Positions 17,802 through 27,682 of a stretch of DNA of 64,000 nt are shown here, piece by piece. The position numbers and the translations under genes were made by a program. Below the pieces are notes generated by a model. That model was given only the letters and a program-made list of their open reading frames with translations. It was not told where the DNA came from and did not search any database. Source of the stretch: an uncultured Bacilli bacterium. GTDB lineage: Bacteria; Bacillota_I; Bacilli_A; RF39; UBA660. The DNA is taken from assembly GCA_934096265.1 (NCBI GenBank), contig CAKOLI010000001.1, positions 141,512 through 205,511 of the forward strand, read 5' to 3'. The first letter of the stretch is position 1. Every line of letters begins with the position of its first letter.

Positions 17802-18404
17802 ATGGAAATAAATCTAAATAGTAAGTATCTAAAAAACAAAAAAGAAAACAAAAAAACATATAAAAAATATCTAGTAGGCCTATCATACCGCATATTAATT
17901 AGCGTCCTTATATTCCTATCTCTTGCCATATATATAAAAGCATCTAATAAAAATAAAGAAATAGTATACCAAAATATATATAACAATAACTTTCTATATA
18001 CCAAAGCTAAAAAATATTATGATAAATACTTAAAAGGAGTATATCCTTTCTCTAAAATATTTAAAGAAGATACCAACCTAGTATTTAATGAAACCCTACA
18101 TTATACTGCCCAAAATAAATACCTAGATGGAGTAAAATTAACTGTAGATACTAACTATTTAGTACCAGTATTAAAATCTGGTATAGTAATATATATTGGA
18201 GAAAAACCTAACTATGGTTCTACCGTAATAATCCAAGGAACTGATGAAATAGAAATATGGTACGCTAATATTTCAAATATAAACGTCTCACTATATGACT
18301 ATGTAACCATAGGAACCCTTCTAGGAGAAGTAAAAGATAATAATCTCTACTTAGTATATAGTCAAAATGGAAAGTATTTAAACTATGAAGAATTTCTTAA
18401 ATAA
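17802..18404 (+). CDS. degenerate M23/LytM-domain membrane protein, SpoIVFA-like by position
   Basis: TM plus a C-terminal LytM-like fold (..GIVIYIGEKPNYGSTVIIQG..IGTLLGEV..). The catalytic His residues are replaced. It sits between mreD and the M50 protease, as in Bacillus. Confidence 0.55.
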   Translation: MEINLNSKYLKNKKENKKTYKKYLVGLSYRILISVLIFLSLAIYIKASNKNKEIVYQNIYNNNFLYTKAKKYYDKYLKGVYPFSKIFKEDTNLVFNETLHYTAQNKYLDGVKLTVDTNYLVPVLKSGIVIYIGEKPNYGSTVIIQGTDEIEIWYANISNINVSLYDYVTIGTLLGEVKDNNLYLVYSQNGKYLNYEEFLK

Positions 18405-19164
18405 AATAGAATTTTCTAATTATTACTTACTCATGGCCTTAAGCTTTATCTTAATAGGCTACTACAAAAACCTATTAATCTTCACAACACTTATTATAAT
18501 TCATGAACTAGGCCATGCCATCTCAGCATCTTTCTTTAAAGTAAAAATAAACAAAATAATTATCTATCCCTACGGAGGACTAACTAAACTAGATAATTAT
18601 CTAAATATTAAAATAAACAAAGAACTAATTATTTCAATATCAGGCCTACTATCCCAAACTCTATTTTATTACCTAATGATTTTTATTAATAATAAATATC
18701 ATTTTTTTAACGACTACACCATAAATATCCTTACAATGTATCATAAAAGTATGTTTATATTTAACTTACTACCAGTAATTCCCTTAGATGGCTCTAAAAT
18801 ACTCTTATGTATACTTAATCGTATATTTCCATATAATTTAAGTAACTATCTAAGTATATACATATCTTTTATTACTCTAATAATATCTATCTATATAATA
18901 AGAGATAATATAAACTATACATATATAATGACCCTATGTATATGTCTTAAAAATATCTATAATTTCTATAAAGAATGCACCTATCTATTTAACAAATTTA
19001 TCCTAGAAAGATATCTATATCAATTTAACTTTAAACATATAAAAGTAATCAAAGACTATCATAATATGTATAAAGATTATAACCATATAATAAAAGATAA
19101 AACTAAATACCAAAAAGAAGCTGACTTTTTAACAAAAATGTTTGACATTCATAAGTATTTATGA
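18385..19164 (+). CDS. M50 site-2 protease, SpoIVFB-like
   Basis: HELGH (IIIHELGHA) and the NLLPVIPLDG motif. Polytopic. No CBS domain is evident. Confidence 0.75.
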   Translation: MKNFLNKIEFSNYYLLMALSFILIGYYKNLLIFTTLIIIHELGHAISASFFKVKINKIIIYPYGGLTKLDNYLNIKINKELIISISGLLSQTLFYYLMIFINNKYHFFNDYTINILTMYHKSMFIFNLLPVIPLDGSKILLCILNRIFPYNLSNYLSIYISFITLIISIYIIRDNINYTYIMTLCICLKNIYNFYKECTYLFNKFILERYLYQFNFKHIKVIKDYHNMYKDYNHIIKDKTKYQKEADFLTKMFDIHKYL

Positions 19165-19170
19165 TAAAAT
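19142..19170 (+). promoter_or_regulatory. promoter of the rplU operon
   Basis: TTGACA at 19142-19147, a 17-nt spacer, and extended -10 TGaTAAAAT at 19162-19170. Confidence 0.6.
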
Positions 19171-19176
19171 CTTATA

Positions 19177-19279
19177 TGTTTGTAAGACCTCTGTTGTTAA
19201 TTCAACCGCACTAAAAAGGTTATAAGTGATTAAATCCACCTCTAAGGCGAGTCTTATTTAAAATTTAAGGAGGTAAAAT
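19177..19279 (+). promoter_or_regulatory. structured 5' leader of rplU (candidate L21-leader type autoregulatory RNA)
   Basis: Long-range pairing gtaagac (19182-19188) / gtcttat (19251-19257) encloses about 60 nt. The position matches the Bacillota L21 leader. No covariance model was run. Confidence 0.4.
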
Positions 19280-19582
19280 ATGAAAGCAATAATTGAAACT
19301 GGTGGTAAACAATACTACGTATCAGAAGGCAGTGTTATCTATGTTGAAAAGCTAGATACTCCTAAAGATGGAGAAGTTATTTTTGACAAAGTACTATTAG
19401 TAGATGGCCAAGCAGGAAATCCTTATGTTGATAATGCTAAAGTATCAGGTGTTGTACTAAAACAAGGTAAGAACAAGAAAATTACTATCTTCAAGTACAA
19501 ACCAAAGAAAAAATCAACAAGAAGAAAAGTAGGTCATAGACAACCATACACTAAAGTTGAAATTAAATCAATTTCTAAGTAA
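19280..19582 (+). CDS. rplU: 50S ribosomal protein L21
   Basis: [12 protein letters not shown].. is a canonical L21. Confidence 0.95.
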   Translation: MKAIIETGGKQYYVSEGSVIYVEKLDTPKDGEVIFDKVLLVDGQAGNPYVDNAKVSGVVLKQGKNKKITIFKYKPKKKSTRRKVGHRQPYTKVEIKSISK

Positions 19583-19590
19583 GGTATATA

Positions 19591-19896
19591 ATGATTAAAG
19601 TAACAGTATCAAAAGATAATGAAGTAATTAAAAATATCACCATAAAAGGTCATGCTAATTATGCTCCCTATGGTAAAGATATTGTATGTGCAAGTGTTAG
19701 TACATTAGTAATTACTTCAATAAATAATATTATATCTCTTGATAACAAATCAGTAAAATATGATATTAAAAATGATAGTACGTATATTGAGTTACTTAGT
19801 AATAGTAATATTGCTATAAGTATTCTTAATAATATGATTAATTCTTTAATTGAATTAGAAAGTAACTATCCTAAAAACATAAAAGTAACTATGTAA
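19591..19896 (+). CDS. prp: ribosomal-processing cysteine protease Prp
   Basis: GHANYAPYGKDIVCASVS motif. Located between rplU and rpmA. Confidence 0.85.
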   Translation: MIKVTVSKDNEVIKNITIKGHANYAPYGKDIVCASVSTLVITSINNIISLDNKSVKYDIKNDSTYIELLSNSNIAISILNNMINSLIELESNYPKNIKVTM

Positions 19897-19908
19897 GGAG
19901 GGTAAAGA

Positions 19909-20202
19909 ATGCCAAAGTTTTTAAAGTTAAATATACAACTATTCGCTCATAAAAAAGGACAAAGTTCTACTAGCAATGGTAGAGATTCTGAATCTAAAAG
20001 ATTAGGTGCTAAAGCTAGTGATGGTGAATATATTACTGGAGGAAGTATTATATATCGTCAAAGAGGAACAAAAATTCATCCTGGAAATAATGTAAGAAGA
20101 GGTAAAGATGACACTTTATATACAACTATTTCAGGATATGTAAAATATGAACGTTTAGGTAAAGATAGAAAACAAGTTAGTGTTTATGAAGAAAGGGCAT
20201 AA
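19909..20202 (+). CDS. rpmA: 50S ribosomal protein L27 with Prp-cleaved N-terminal extension
   Basis: [13 protein letters not shown]|HKKGQSST.. carries the Bacillota-type propeptide. Confidence 0.95.
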   Translation: MPKFLKLNIQLFAHKKGQSSTSNGRDSESKRLGAKASDGEYITGGSIIYRQRGTKIHPGNNVRRGKDDTLYTTISGYVKYERLGKDRKQVSVYEERA

Positions 20203-20292
20203 TAAGCTCTTTTTTCTTTACACATACATAAAAAAATGTCTAAAAATATCAAATCATATGCTATAATAAGAGGTATAGTTAGGAGATGTAAC

Positions 20293-20760
20293 ATGATACA
20301 AAATATAAATAATTATTATATGAGTTTAGCTTATCTTGAAAAAGAAAAATCTACTTGTGTAAGAAGAGGAGTAGGGGCAATAATTGTAAAAGATAATCAC
20401 ATTATAGGACGTGGATTTAATCATACCGTAGTAGGAAGCAAGCCATGTACTATCGATACGTGTATCCGTTTAAAAAATAACATTAAAAGTGGTACAAGAC
20501 AAGAATATTGCGTAGCAACGCATGCTGAACAAGCTGCAATAATAGATGCATATAAAAATGGCTATAACCTAGAAGGAAGTTCTATATATATAACTGATTC
20601 TCCTTGTGTAATATGTGCAAGATTAATATGTGAATTTGGCATTAAAGAAGTATTCTTTAAAGATAGCTATCCTGATGAACTATCATTTGAAATATTAGAA
20701 AATGCAGGCATAACAGTAGAAAAAATATCTGATTACAAAGTTAAAAGAAGAATAAAGTAG
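20293..20760 (+). CDS. comEB: dCMP deaminase (ComEB family)
   Basis: HAEQAAI and PCVICARLI zinc motifs. ATG 20293 follows AGGAG; the track start at 20236 is judged an extension. Confidence 0.8.
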   Translation: MIQNINNYYMSLAYLEKEKSTCVRRGVGAIIVKDNHIIGRGFNHTVVGSKPCTIDTCIRLKNNIKSGTRQEYCVATHAEQAAIIDAYKNGYNLEGSSIYITDSPCVICARLICEFGIKEVFFKDSYPDELSFEILENAGITVEKISDYKVKRRIK

Positions 20761-20777
20761 ATGAGGATTTGATATAA

Positions 20778-22583
20778 ATGAACCAAGATAAAATAAGAAA
20801 TTTTAGCATTATAGCTCATATTGATCATGGTAAAAGTACTCTAGCAGACCGTATACTAGAACTAACTAATGCCGTTGATAAAAGACAAATGAAAGACCAA
20901 CTACTAGATAATATGGATATAGAAAGAGAAAGAGGCATAACCATAAAATTAAACGCAGTATCCTTAAAATATAAAGATTACACCTTAAACCTAATAGATA
21001 CACCAGGTCATGTAGATTTTACTTATGAAGTAAGTAGAAGCTTAGCAGCCTGTGAAGGAGCTGTTTTAGTTGTAGATGCTACTCAAGGTATCGAAGCCCA
21101 AACACTCGCTAATATATACCTAGCCCTAGATAATAACCTAGAAATAATTCCTGTTATAAATAAAATAGACCTACCTAATGCTGAACCTATGGTAAGAGCT
21201 AAAGAACTATGCGATACATTTGGCTTTAACATGGAAGATATAATATTCACTTCAGGCAAAACAGGCAAGGGTGTAGACCAACTACTAGATGCCATAATAT
21301 CTAAAGTACCAAGCCCTAAAGGCAATATTACAAGCCCATTAAGAGCACTAATCTTTGATAGCTACTTTGATGCATACCGTGGTGTAGTCTGCATGGTAAG
21401 AGTAGTAGATGGAAGCATTGAAGTAGGAAACACTATTAAAATGATGAGTACTAACGCCACATACGAAGTAGTAGAACTAGGTATAAATACTCCTAAAGAA
21501 GAACATAAAGACATTCTAATGCCTGGAGACGTCGGCTTTATCACCGCGGGTATTAAAAGCATAGAAGATGTAAAAGTAGGAGATACCATTACCCTAAATA
21601 AAAACCCATCTACAACCCCATTACCAGGATACAAAGAAATAAAACCAATGGTCTTCTGTGGATTATATCCAATCGATTCTAAAAAATACCCCAACTTACG
21701 TGAGGCTTTAGAAAAACTAAAACTAAATGACGCATCCTTAACCTTTGAACCAGAAACCTCAGTTAGTCTAGGCTTTGGTTATCGAACTGGCTTCCTAGGA
21801 CTATTACATATGGAAATAATAGAAGAAAGAATAGAAAGAGAGTTTGGTATTGACCTAATCGCAACCTCACCATCTGTAATCTATGAAATAAAACTAACAG
21901 ATGGAGAAGTAATAAGAGTAGATAATCCAACAAAATTTCCAGACAAAGTAAGAATAAAAGAAGTAAAAGAACCATATATTAAAACAAACATCTTCGTTCC
22001 TTCAAACTATATTGGTAGTGTTATGGAATTATGCCAAGAAAAAAGAGGCAACTACTTAAATATGGAATACGTAGATAACACAAGAGTAAATATCCATTAT
22101 GAACTCCCCCTATCAGAAATAGTATATGATTTCTTCAACAAATTAAAAAGCTATACCAAAGGATATGCCTCATTTGACTATGAACTAATAGGCTACAAAA
22201 CATCAGATTTAGTAAAACTAGATATATTAATAAACGGAGAAATAGTAGATGCTCTAAGCATAATTGTTCATAAAGACTTTACTTATAAACGTGGCAAAGT
22301 AATAGTAGAAAACCTAAAGAAAATTATCCCAAGACAAATGTTTGAAGTCCCTATTCAAGCAGTTATAGGTAGCAAAGTAATCGCAAGAAGTGATATCAAA
22401 GCAATGAGAAAAAATGTCTTAGCAAAATGCTACGGAGGAGACGTAACTAGAAAAAGAAAACTACTAGAACGCCAAAAAGAAGGAAAAAAGAGGATGAAAC
22501 AAATTGGTAGAGTAGAAATTCCACAAGAAGCATTCTTATCTATTCTAGCAACAGAAGAAAAAGAAATAAAAGAAAATAGTTAG
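20778..22583 (+). CDS. lepA: elongation factor 4 (LepA)
   Basis: [29 protein letters not shown], and the LepA C-terminal domain. Confidence 0.95.
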   Translation: MNQDKIRNFSIIAHIDHGKSTLADRILELTNAVDKRQMKDQLLDNMDIERERGITIKLNAVSLKYKDYTLNLIDTPGHVDFTYEVSRSLAACEGAVLVVDATQGIEAQTLANIYLALDNNLEIIPVINKIDLPNAEPMVRAKELCDTFGFNMEDIIFTSGKTGKGVDQLLDAIISKVPSPKGNITSPLRALIFDSYFDAYRGVVCMVRVVDGSIEVGNTIKMMSTNATYEVVELGINTPKEEHKDILMPGDVGFITAGIKSIEDVKVGDTITLNKNPSTTPLPGYKEIKPMVFCGLYPIDSKKYPNLREALEKLKLNDASLTFEPETSVSLGFGYRTGFLGLLHMEIIEERIEREFGIDLIATSPSVIYEIKLTDGEVIRVDNPTKFPDKVRIKEVKEPYIKTNIFVPSNYIGSVMELCQEKRGNYLNMEYVDNTRVNIHYELPLSEIVYDFFNKLKSYTKGYASFDYELIGYKTSDLVKLDILINGEIVDALSIIVHKDFTYKRGKVIVENLKKIIPRQMFEVPIQAVIGSKVIARSDIKAMRKNVLAKCYGGDVTRKRKLLERQKEGKKRMKQIGRVEIPQEAFLSILATEEKEIKENS

Positions 22584-22592
22584 AAGGCCATT

Positions 22593-24398
22593 ATGAAAAA
22601 ATTAAATGTAATTGATGCTTTAGTAAATGGAAATAAAGAAAAATTAAAAACAATATGTACTATGTTAGAAGAAAATTTTGATACATCTATAGAAGAAATA
22701 TTTATATATATAAGTACTACAATCACAAGCTATGAAATAGAAGAACACGAAGTATTTAACTGTCTTAAAAATCTAAACTATATTTTAAAATCTAATTTAG
22801 ATAGCCATAAACTATCAATAATAATATCTAAATATGAAAAACTATTACAATGTTTCCCCAAAGATTCTAAATATTATAACTTTATAAACAGTACTATTAA
22901 TAAATGTAAAAATAAAAAACAAGAAGTAAATAATCTAGTAGCATATGAAACATTAAAATACATAATCTTTGAATTAAAAGATATAAACATAATAAAAAAA
23001 CTTCTAAATGATTACAAAAGCATTATCTATGATAAAGCATGTAATAATATCTTATATGATATTATTAAAACATACTTATCAACTAACAAAGATGAGTTTT
23101 ATTATAAACAAATAATAAATTCTATGCTATATAGAAAAGAAGTATTTATAAATAAAGATAATAAAAGTAAAATATATGATTTATTAAAGACTAATAAAAA
23201 GAATAAAAAATCAAAAGAAATAGAATGCATCTTAGATGAAAACGAATTAAAACTAAATAAATTAGGTATTAAAAACAGAAATAACCTATCTATAGATTAT
23301 AAGTTTACTAAAGAAGGAAGATATGACTTTACAGACCAATATGTAATTAGTATAGATGGAGAAGAAAGTATCTGTTTAGATGACGCTATTAGCTTAGTTA
23401 GTAATGAAGATGGTACCAATACCCTATATATTCATATAACAGATATCTATGACATCTTAAAAAATAATACAGAAGTAGATAAATATGCATATGAATTAGG
23501 AGAAACTCTCTATTTATATGATCAAGCTTATCCCATGCTTCCTTTTGAAATATCATACGACATTGGTTCATTACTCCATAACCAAATGAGAAATTCTATT
23601 ACTTTTGTAGTTAAACTAGATAATAATTATGACTTTATAGGTAGTAATATTACTGACTATTTTAGCATCGTAAAAGGAACTATCATAAACAAAGCTAGTC
23701 TAGCTTATCAACCAGTAGATGACATTCTAAAAAGAGGGTGTACTAATCCAAAACTCCAACAAATGCTAATTAATCTATCTCAAATAGCCTCTAAACTACA
23801 TAATGATAATCCTAATAAAGATATATATTATCAAGCACAAAATATTAAAAATAAAGAAATAGGACTATCTACTCCAGTAGAAAGTAACTATACAAATATA
23901 TACACTGGAGCTAGAATAGTAGAAGAATTAATGGTACTAATTAACAGACTATGCCCAGAATACTTTAATAAATTAGATTATCCCTTCTTATACAGAATAT
24001 GTGAAAATGAAGTAGCATCTAATAAAGACAACTTAAAAAATCTATTAGACAACTTTATAACCACAAGAAACATAGCACATAAAAAAATCAAATATAACAC
24101 AATCATGTCATACTTTAGTGACTTTCTAGCAGAAGCTAAATATTCTCCTGAAAATAAAGGTCATATAGGTGTTAAATGTGACTATTACGCACATGTAACT
24201 TGCCCCGCTAGAAGATATGCTGATATTATTAACCAAAAACTAATTTATGATATTATGTTTAATAAAAATACTAATCTATACTCTCTAAACTTATGGCATA
24301 ATAGACTAGAACAAATTGCTAGACATCTAAATGAACGTAGCAAAATTAATGAAGATATAGCAACACAATATTATCATGCAAAACAAAGAAAGAAATAA
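22593..24398 (+). CDS. RNB-domain (RNase II/R family) protein with non-canonical N-terminus
   Basis: ISIDGEESICLDDAISL and HVTCPARRYADII are RNB motifs. The N-terminal 240 aa are helical and Lys/Asn-rich with no cold-shock domains, and no S1 tail is visible. Confidence 0.7.
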   Translation: MKKLNVIDALVNGNKEKLKTICTMLEENFDTSIEEIFIYISTTITSYEIEEHEVFNCLKNLNYILKSNLDSHKLSIIISKYEKLLQCFPKDSKYYNFINSTINKCKNKKQEVNNLVAYETLKYIIFELKDINIIKKLLNDYKSIIYDKACNNILYDIIKTYLSTNKDEFYYKQIINSMLYRKEVFINKDNKSKIYDLLKTNKKNKKSKEIECILDENELKLNKLGIKNRNNLSIDYKFTKEGRYDFTDQYVISIDGEESICLDDAISLVSNEDGTNTLYIHITDIYDILKNNTEVDKYAYELGETLYLYDQAYPMLPFEISYDIGSLLHNQMRNSITFVVKLDNNYDFIGSNITDYFSIVKGTIINKASLAYQPVDDILKRGCTNPKLQQMLINLSQIASKLHNDNPNKDIYYQAQNIKNKEIGLSTPVESNYTNIYTGARIVEELMVLINRLCPEYFNKLDYPFLYRICENEVASNKDNLKNLLDNFITTRNIAHKKIKYNTIMSYFSDFLAEAKYSPENKGHIGVKCDYYAHVTCPARRYADIINQKLIYDIMFNKNTNLYSLNLWHNRLEQIARHLNERSKINEDIATQYYHAKQRKK

Positions 24399-24568
24399 CC
24401 GACAAATAATGTAAAATATATGTCAAATAAAGTAATTCTTTCTTTTTTTATGCTATACTTAACTTAATGATAGTGCACAGCCACTATTATAGTAGTATGA
24501 GATGGGGTGTATAGGGGGATTTGAATACTAAAAATAAAAACAAATATTAGTAATATAAGGAGGTAATT

Positions 24569-27241
24569 ATGAAAAAGAAAAAGAATACTTTAGCCAATAT
24601 CCTTTTAGTCTTAGCAGTAACAGTAGCACAATTTGTACCTAGCATACAAGTTTTCGCGGACGCTCTTACTGAAGAAGTAGGACTAACAGTAAGTATTAAA
24701 AATGAAGAAGATACTTATGTAAGTATATATGATAATTATACTGTTAATTACACTGGAACTGATATATACAAATACGATATTATGGTTAAAACTAATAATT
24801 ATACACTAGATGGTAATAATTATTTACTAGCTTTAGAAAATGATATTTATACTATCAACTATAATAAAAAAATATTAAGTAACAACGAAAGATATGTACT
24901 TTCTAAAGCATCAAACGACTATGTTATGGATAACATAAGTCTAACTGCTCTTAAATTTAATGGCAAAATGACTTTAAAATTAAAATTATATGAAATAGAT
25001 GACATATATGATGATATTAACAATGGAATAACAGACATATATGACGTTGACTTAACTAATAAAGAAGCTATATTAACTAAAGAAATTAGTATCATAAGCA
25101 CAGGTTATACTAATAAAATTAATATAAATTCAGTAAAATATCAAACAGATAATATCTTAGTAGATCAAAACGAAAACATATACACTATAGATGCTACTAA
25201 ATTAGCTACCAATGATATAGAACTTAACTTTATGCCTCTACTACAAAATGCTGATTTAGAAGAACCATACTATGTATATTACACCATTAATGGCTTATTT
25301 ATAGGATTAGATACAGTTAATTATAATGGTAACCAAAAAGTCCTATCAGACCTATCAAATCTTATAAATGGAGAATACAAATTAGATATTAACATAGTAG
25401 ATAAACTAAACAATGAAATTACATCTACATCACTTGACTTTAGCTTAGCAAATAGTAATAAAGTCCTAACCAAAGAAGACTTTAAAGAAGAAAATATTAA
25501 CCTATCAACATTACTAAGCTATAATAACCTATCAGATAGTGACAAAGAATCTTTATCACTTGATGATAAAGACTTAGAAAATATAGATAATCTAACTAAT
25601 TATTATAGTACAGATTATTATATAGATGAAAATATTAGTAGTACACTATCTAGTGCTAACTATTATATAGATAGTTTCTATAAAATAAAAGAAAATACTA
25701 CTAAAGTATTTATTGTAAATGGAACATTAAACCACATAGGCGCTAATGACAATCGTATCAATCTAAATATCTTAAACAATCTATTTACATCTTCAAATAA
25801 CAATGTAATAGTATTAGCATATGATGAAAATGGTGACAAATTAGATAATGATACATATCTTAAAACCAATATGACATTAGAGTTTTATGTAAATGGCCTA
25901 AAGAATACTTACAAAGTAGCCCTACTAGGTAATTTATCTAGTAAAGATGGTTATGTTAATCATGATGATATAATTAATATAATTGATATTGCTATTAATA
26001 GTAGTAAGCTTGGTGATATTTATAAACTAGTAAGTGATATTAATCATGATGGTAATACTAACATCTTAGATACTACTAATCTTATGAATTTACTTAAAAA
26101 TGGAGGCATTCCATTTACTAGCACAGAAAATCCAATTGTAAGTAATATAAAAGCAATTTTAAATCCAGATAAAACAGAAGTTAGAGTAGGAGATACTTTC
26201 GAACTTAGCCTTATTGTTAAAAACTTCAAAAATAACAAAATATCTGGCCTAGAAGGTATTATTAATTATGATAAAACATTAATAGAATGTACAAGTATAT
26301 TAAACATAAATGACTGGTATGGAAATATAAATGTAATTAATAATGACTCATATGGTAAATTCTTAACATCAGGTTATACTACCTTAGATAAAGATACTAC
26401 AGTACTAACATATACATTCAAAGCCTTAAAAGAAGGCGATGCTAAAGTATATATAGATAATCTAAAATCTGCATTAAATGGCATAGAAGTAACTCTAAAA
26501 GATACTAAAACAAACACCGTATCAGTAAAAATTAATAGAGCATTATATTCAAACAACAATATCAGTAGCATTAAATTCAGTACTGGTAAATTAAACCATC
26601 CATTTGATAAAGAAGTATTAAAATATACACTATATGTTGATTATCGTACAACAAGTATTAATATAAGTGGACTACTTGAAAATGAATTTGCCACTACTAC
26701 CGCTTTTAAAGAATACGACCTAACAGGTTATAGAACTACTATAACTATCCCTGTTACTGCCGAAGATGGCACAGTAAAAACTTATGTAATAGATGTAATT
26801 AAAGTAGATAACAGAAGCAGTAATAATTATCTAAAAGATTTAAAAATAGATGGTGCTAACATTGAATTTGATAAGAAAAATACTGAATATAGCATTATTG
26901 TAGAAAACCATATAACAGAATTATCAATATTAGCAACTGCTGAAGATGCTAAATCAGAAGTAACAATTACTGGTAACAAAGGCCTAAAAGTAGGAGATAA
27001 TACTATTGAAGTAAAAGTACAAGCCGAAAATGGCAGTACTAGAGTATACAAAATCAATGTTACTAGAAAAGATAAAGAAAAAGTAGTAGAAGAAGTAAAT
27101 AATAAAAATTCAAAATTAGTTCTAATAATTCTTATTGTTGCCACTTTAGCGGCATTAATATACCTAATATTTAAAGACAACAAAAAAGAAGAAAATAAAG
27201 AATTTAAATTAAAAGATAGACCATACAATAAAAAGCAATAG
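24569..27241 (+). CDS. membrane-anchored surface protein with dockerin-like, cohesin-like and two cadherin-like beta-sandwich modules
   Basis: Sec signal (..VFA|DA). Dockerin-like segments are SKDGYVNHDDIINIID and DINHDGNTNILDTTNLMNLL (about 25936-26100). A cohesin-like block runs VRVGDTFELSLIVKN..GIINYD..YTFKALKEGDAKVYI (about 26146-26500). There are two L..L...G...F....Y.. cadherin-like units and a C-terminal TM. Confidence 0.7.
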   Translation: MKKKKNTLANILLVLAVTVAQFVPSIQVFADALTEEVGLTVSIKNEEDTYVSIYDNYTVNYTGTDIYKYDIMVKTNNYTLDGNNYLLALENDIYTINYNKKILSNNERYVLSKASNDYVMDNISLTALKFNGKMTLKLKLYEIDDIYDDINNGITDIYDVDLTNKEAILTKEISIISTGYTNKININSVKYQTDNILVDQNENIYTIDATKLATNDIELNFMPLLQNADLEEPYYVYYTINGLFIGLDTVNYNGNQKVLSDLSNLINGEYKLDINIVDKLNNEITSTSLDFSLANSNKVLTKEDFKEENINLSTLLSYNNLSDSDKESLSLDDKDLENIDNLTNYYSTDYYIDENISSTLSSANYYIDSFYKIKENTTKVFIVNGTLNHIGANDNRINLNILNNLFTSSNNNVIVLAYDENGDKLDNDTYLKTNMTLEFYVNGLKNTYKVALLGNLSSKDGYVNHDDIINIIDIAINSSKLGDIYKLVSDINHDGNTNILDTTNLMNLLKNGGIPFTSTENPIVSNIKAILNPDKTEVRVGDTFELSLIVKNFKNNKISGLEGIINYDKTLIECTSILNINDWYGNINVINNDSYGKFLTSGYTTLDKDTTVLTYTFKALKEGDAKVYIDNLKSALNGIEVTLKDTKTNTVSVKINRALYSNNNISSIKFSTGKLNHPFDKEVLKYTLYVDYRTTSINISGLLENEFATTTAFKEYDLTGYRTTITIPVTAEDGTVKTYVIDVIKVDNRSSNNYLKDLKIDGANIEFDKKNTEYSIIVENHITELSILATAEDAKSEVTITGNKGLKVGDNTIEVKVQAENGSTRVYKINVTRKDKEKVVEEVNNKNSKLVLIILIVATLAALIYLIFKDNKKEENKEFKLKDRPYNKKQ

Positions 27242-27261
27242 CTAAAAGTCCTATTGCTTTT

Positions 27262-27573
27262 TTATATCATATACATATTACTATCTGGTTCATTATTATA
27301 TATATTAGTGGTATTTCCTCCATACTGACCTTCTAATCTACTAACTCTAGCATTAAGCCTACTTACTTGCTTTTCCAAATTACTAATTCTATTCTCATAA
27401 TTACCCATGTTATTATTCATCTGATTAGGCATCATCCCTTGACTAGGCATCATCATTCCCTGATTAGGTAACATTCCCTGGCTAGGCATCATCATCCCTT
27501 GATTAGGCATCATTCCAGCATACCCATAGTTAGAATAAAACATATCTCTATCCTTATTATCATTCATACGCAT
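27262..27573 (-). CDS. Met/Gln/Pro/Gly-repeat protein with C-terminal coiled coil
   Basis: GMMPNQGMMMPSQGMLPNQGMMMPSQGMMPNQ repeats (nt 27418-27516), followed by ENRISNLEKQVSRLNARVSRLEGQ. No signal peptide. Confidence 0.6.
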   Translation of the reverse strand: MRMNDNKDRDMFYSNYGYAGMMPNQGMMMPSQGMLPNQGMMMPSQGMMPNQMNNNMGNYENRISNLEKQVSRLNARVSRLEGQYGGNTTNIYNNEPDSNMYMI

Positions 27574-27682
27574 ATCACCTCTTATTCATAACTATTATAT
27601 GTCATAAAGAAAATAAAGATACTATATATTTACAAATTATATTCATTAGTGTATACTATATAAATAGATATAAGGAGGACCC

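Noticed and set aside
24480-24530. A tRNA-like T-arm impression (ggggatttgaatac).
   Set aside because: No complementary T-stem, acceptor stem or anticodon arm could be drawn.
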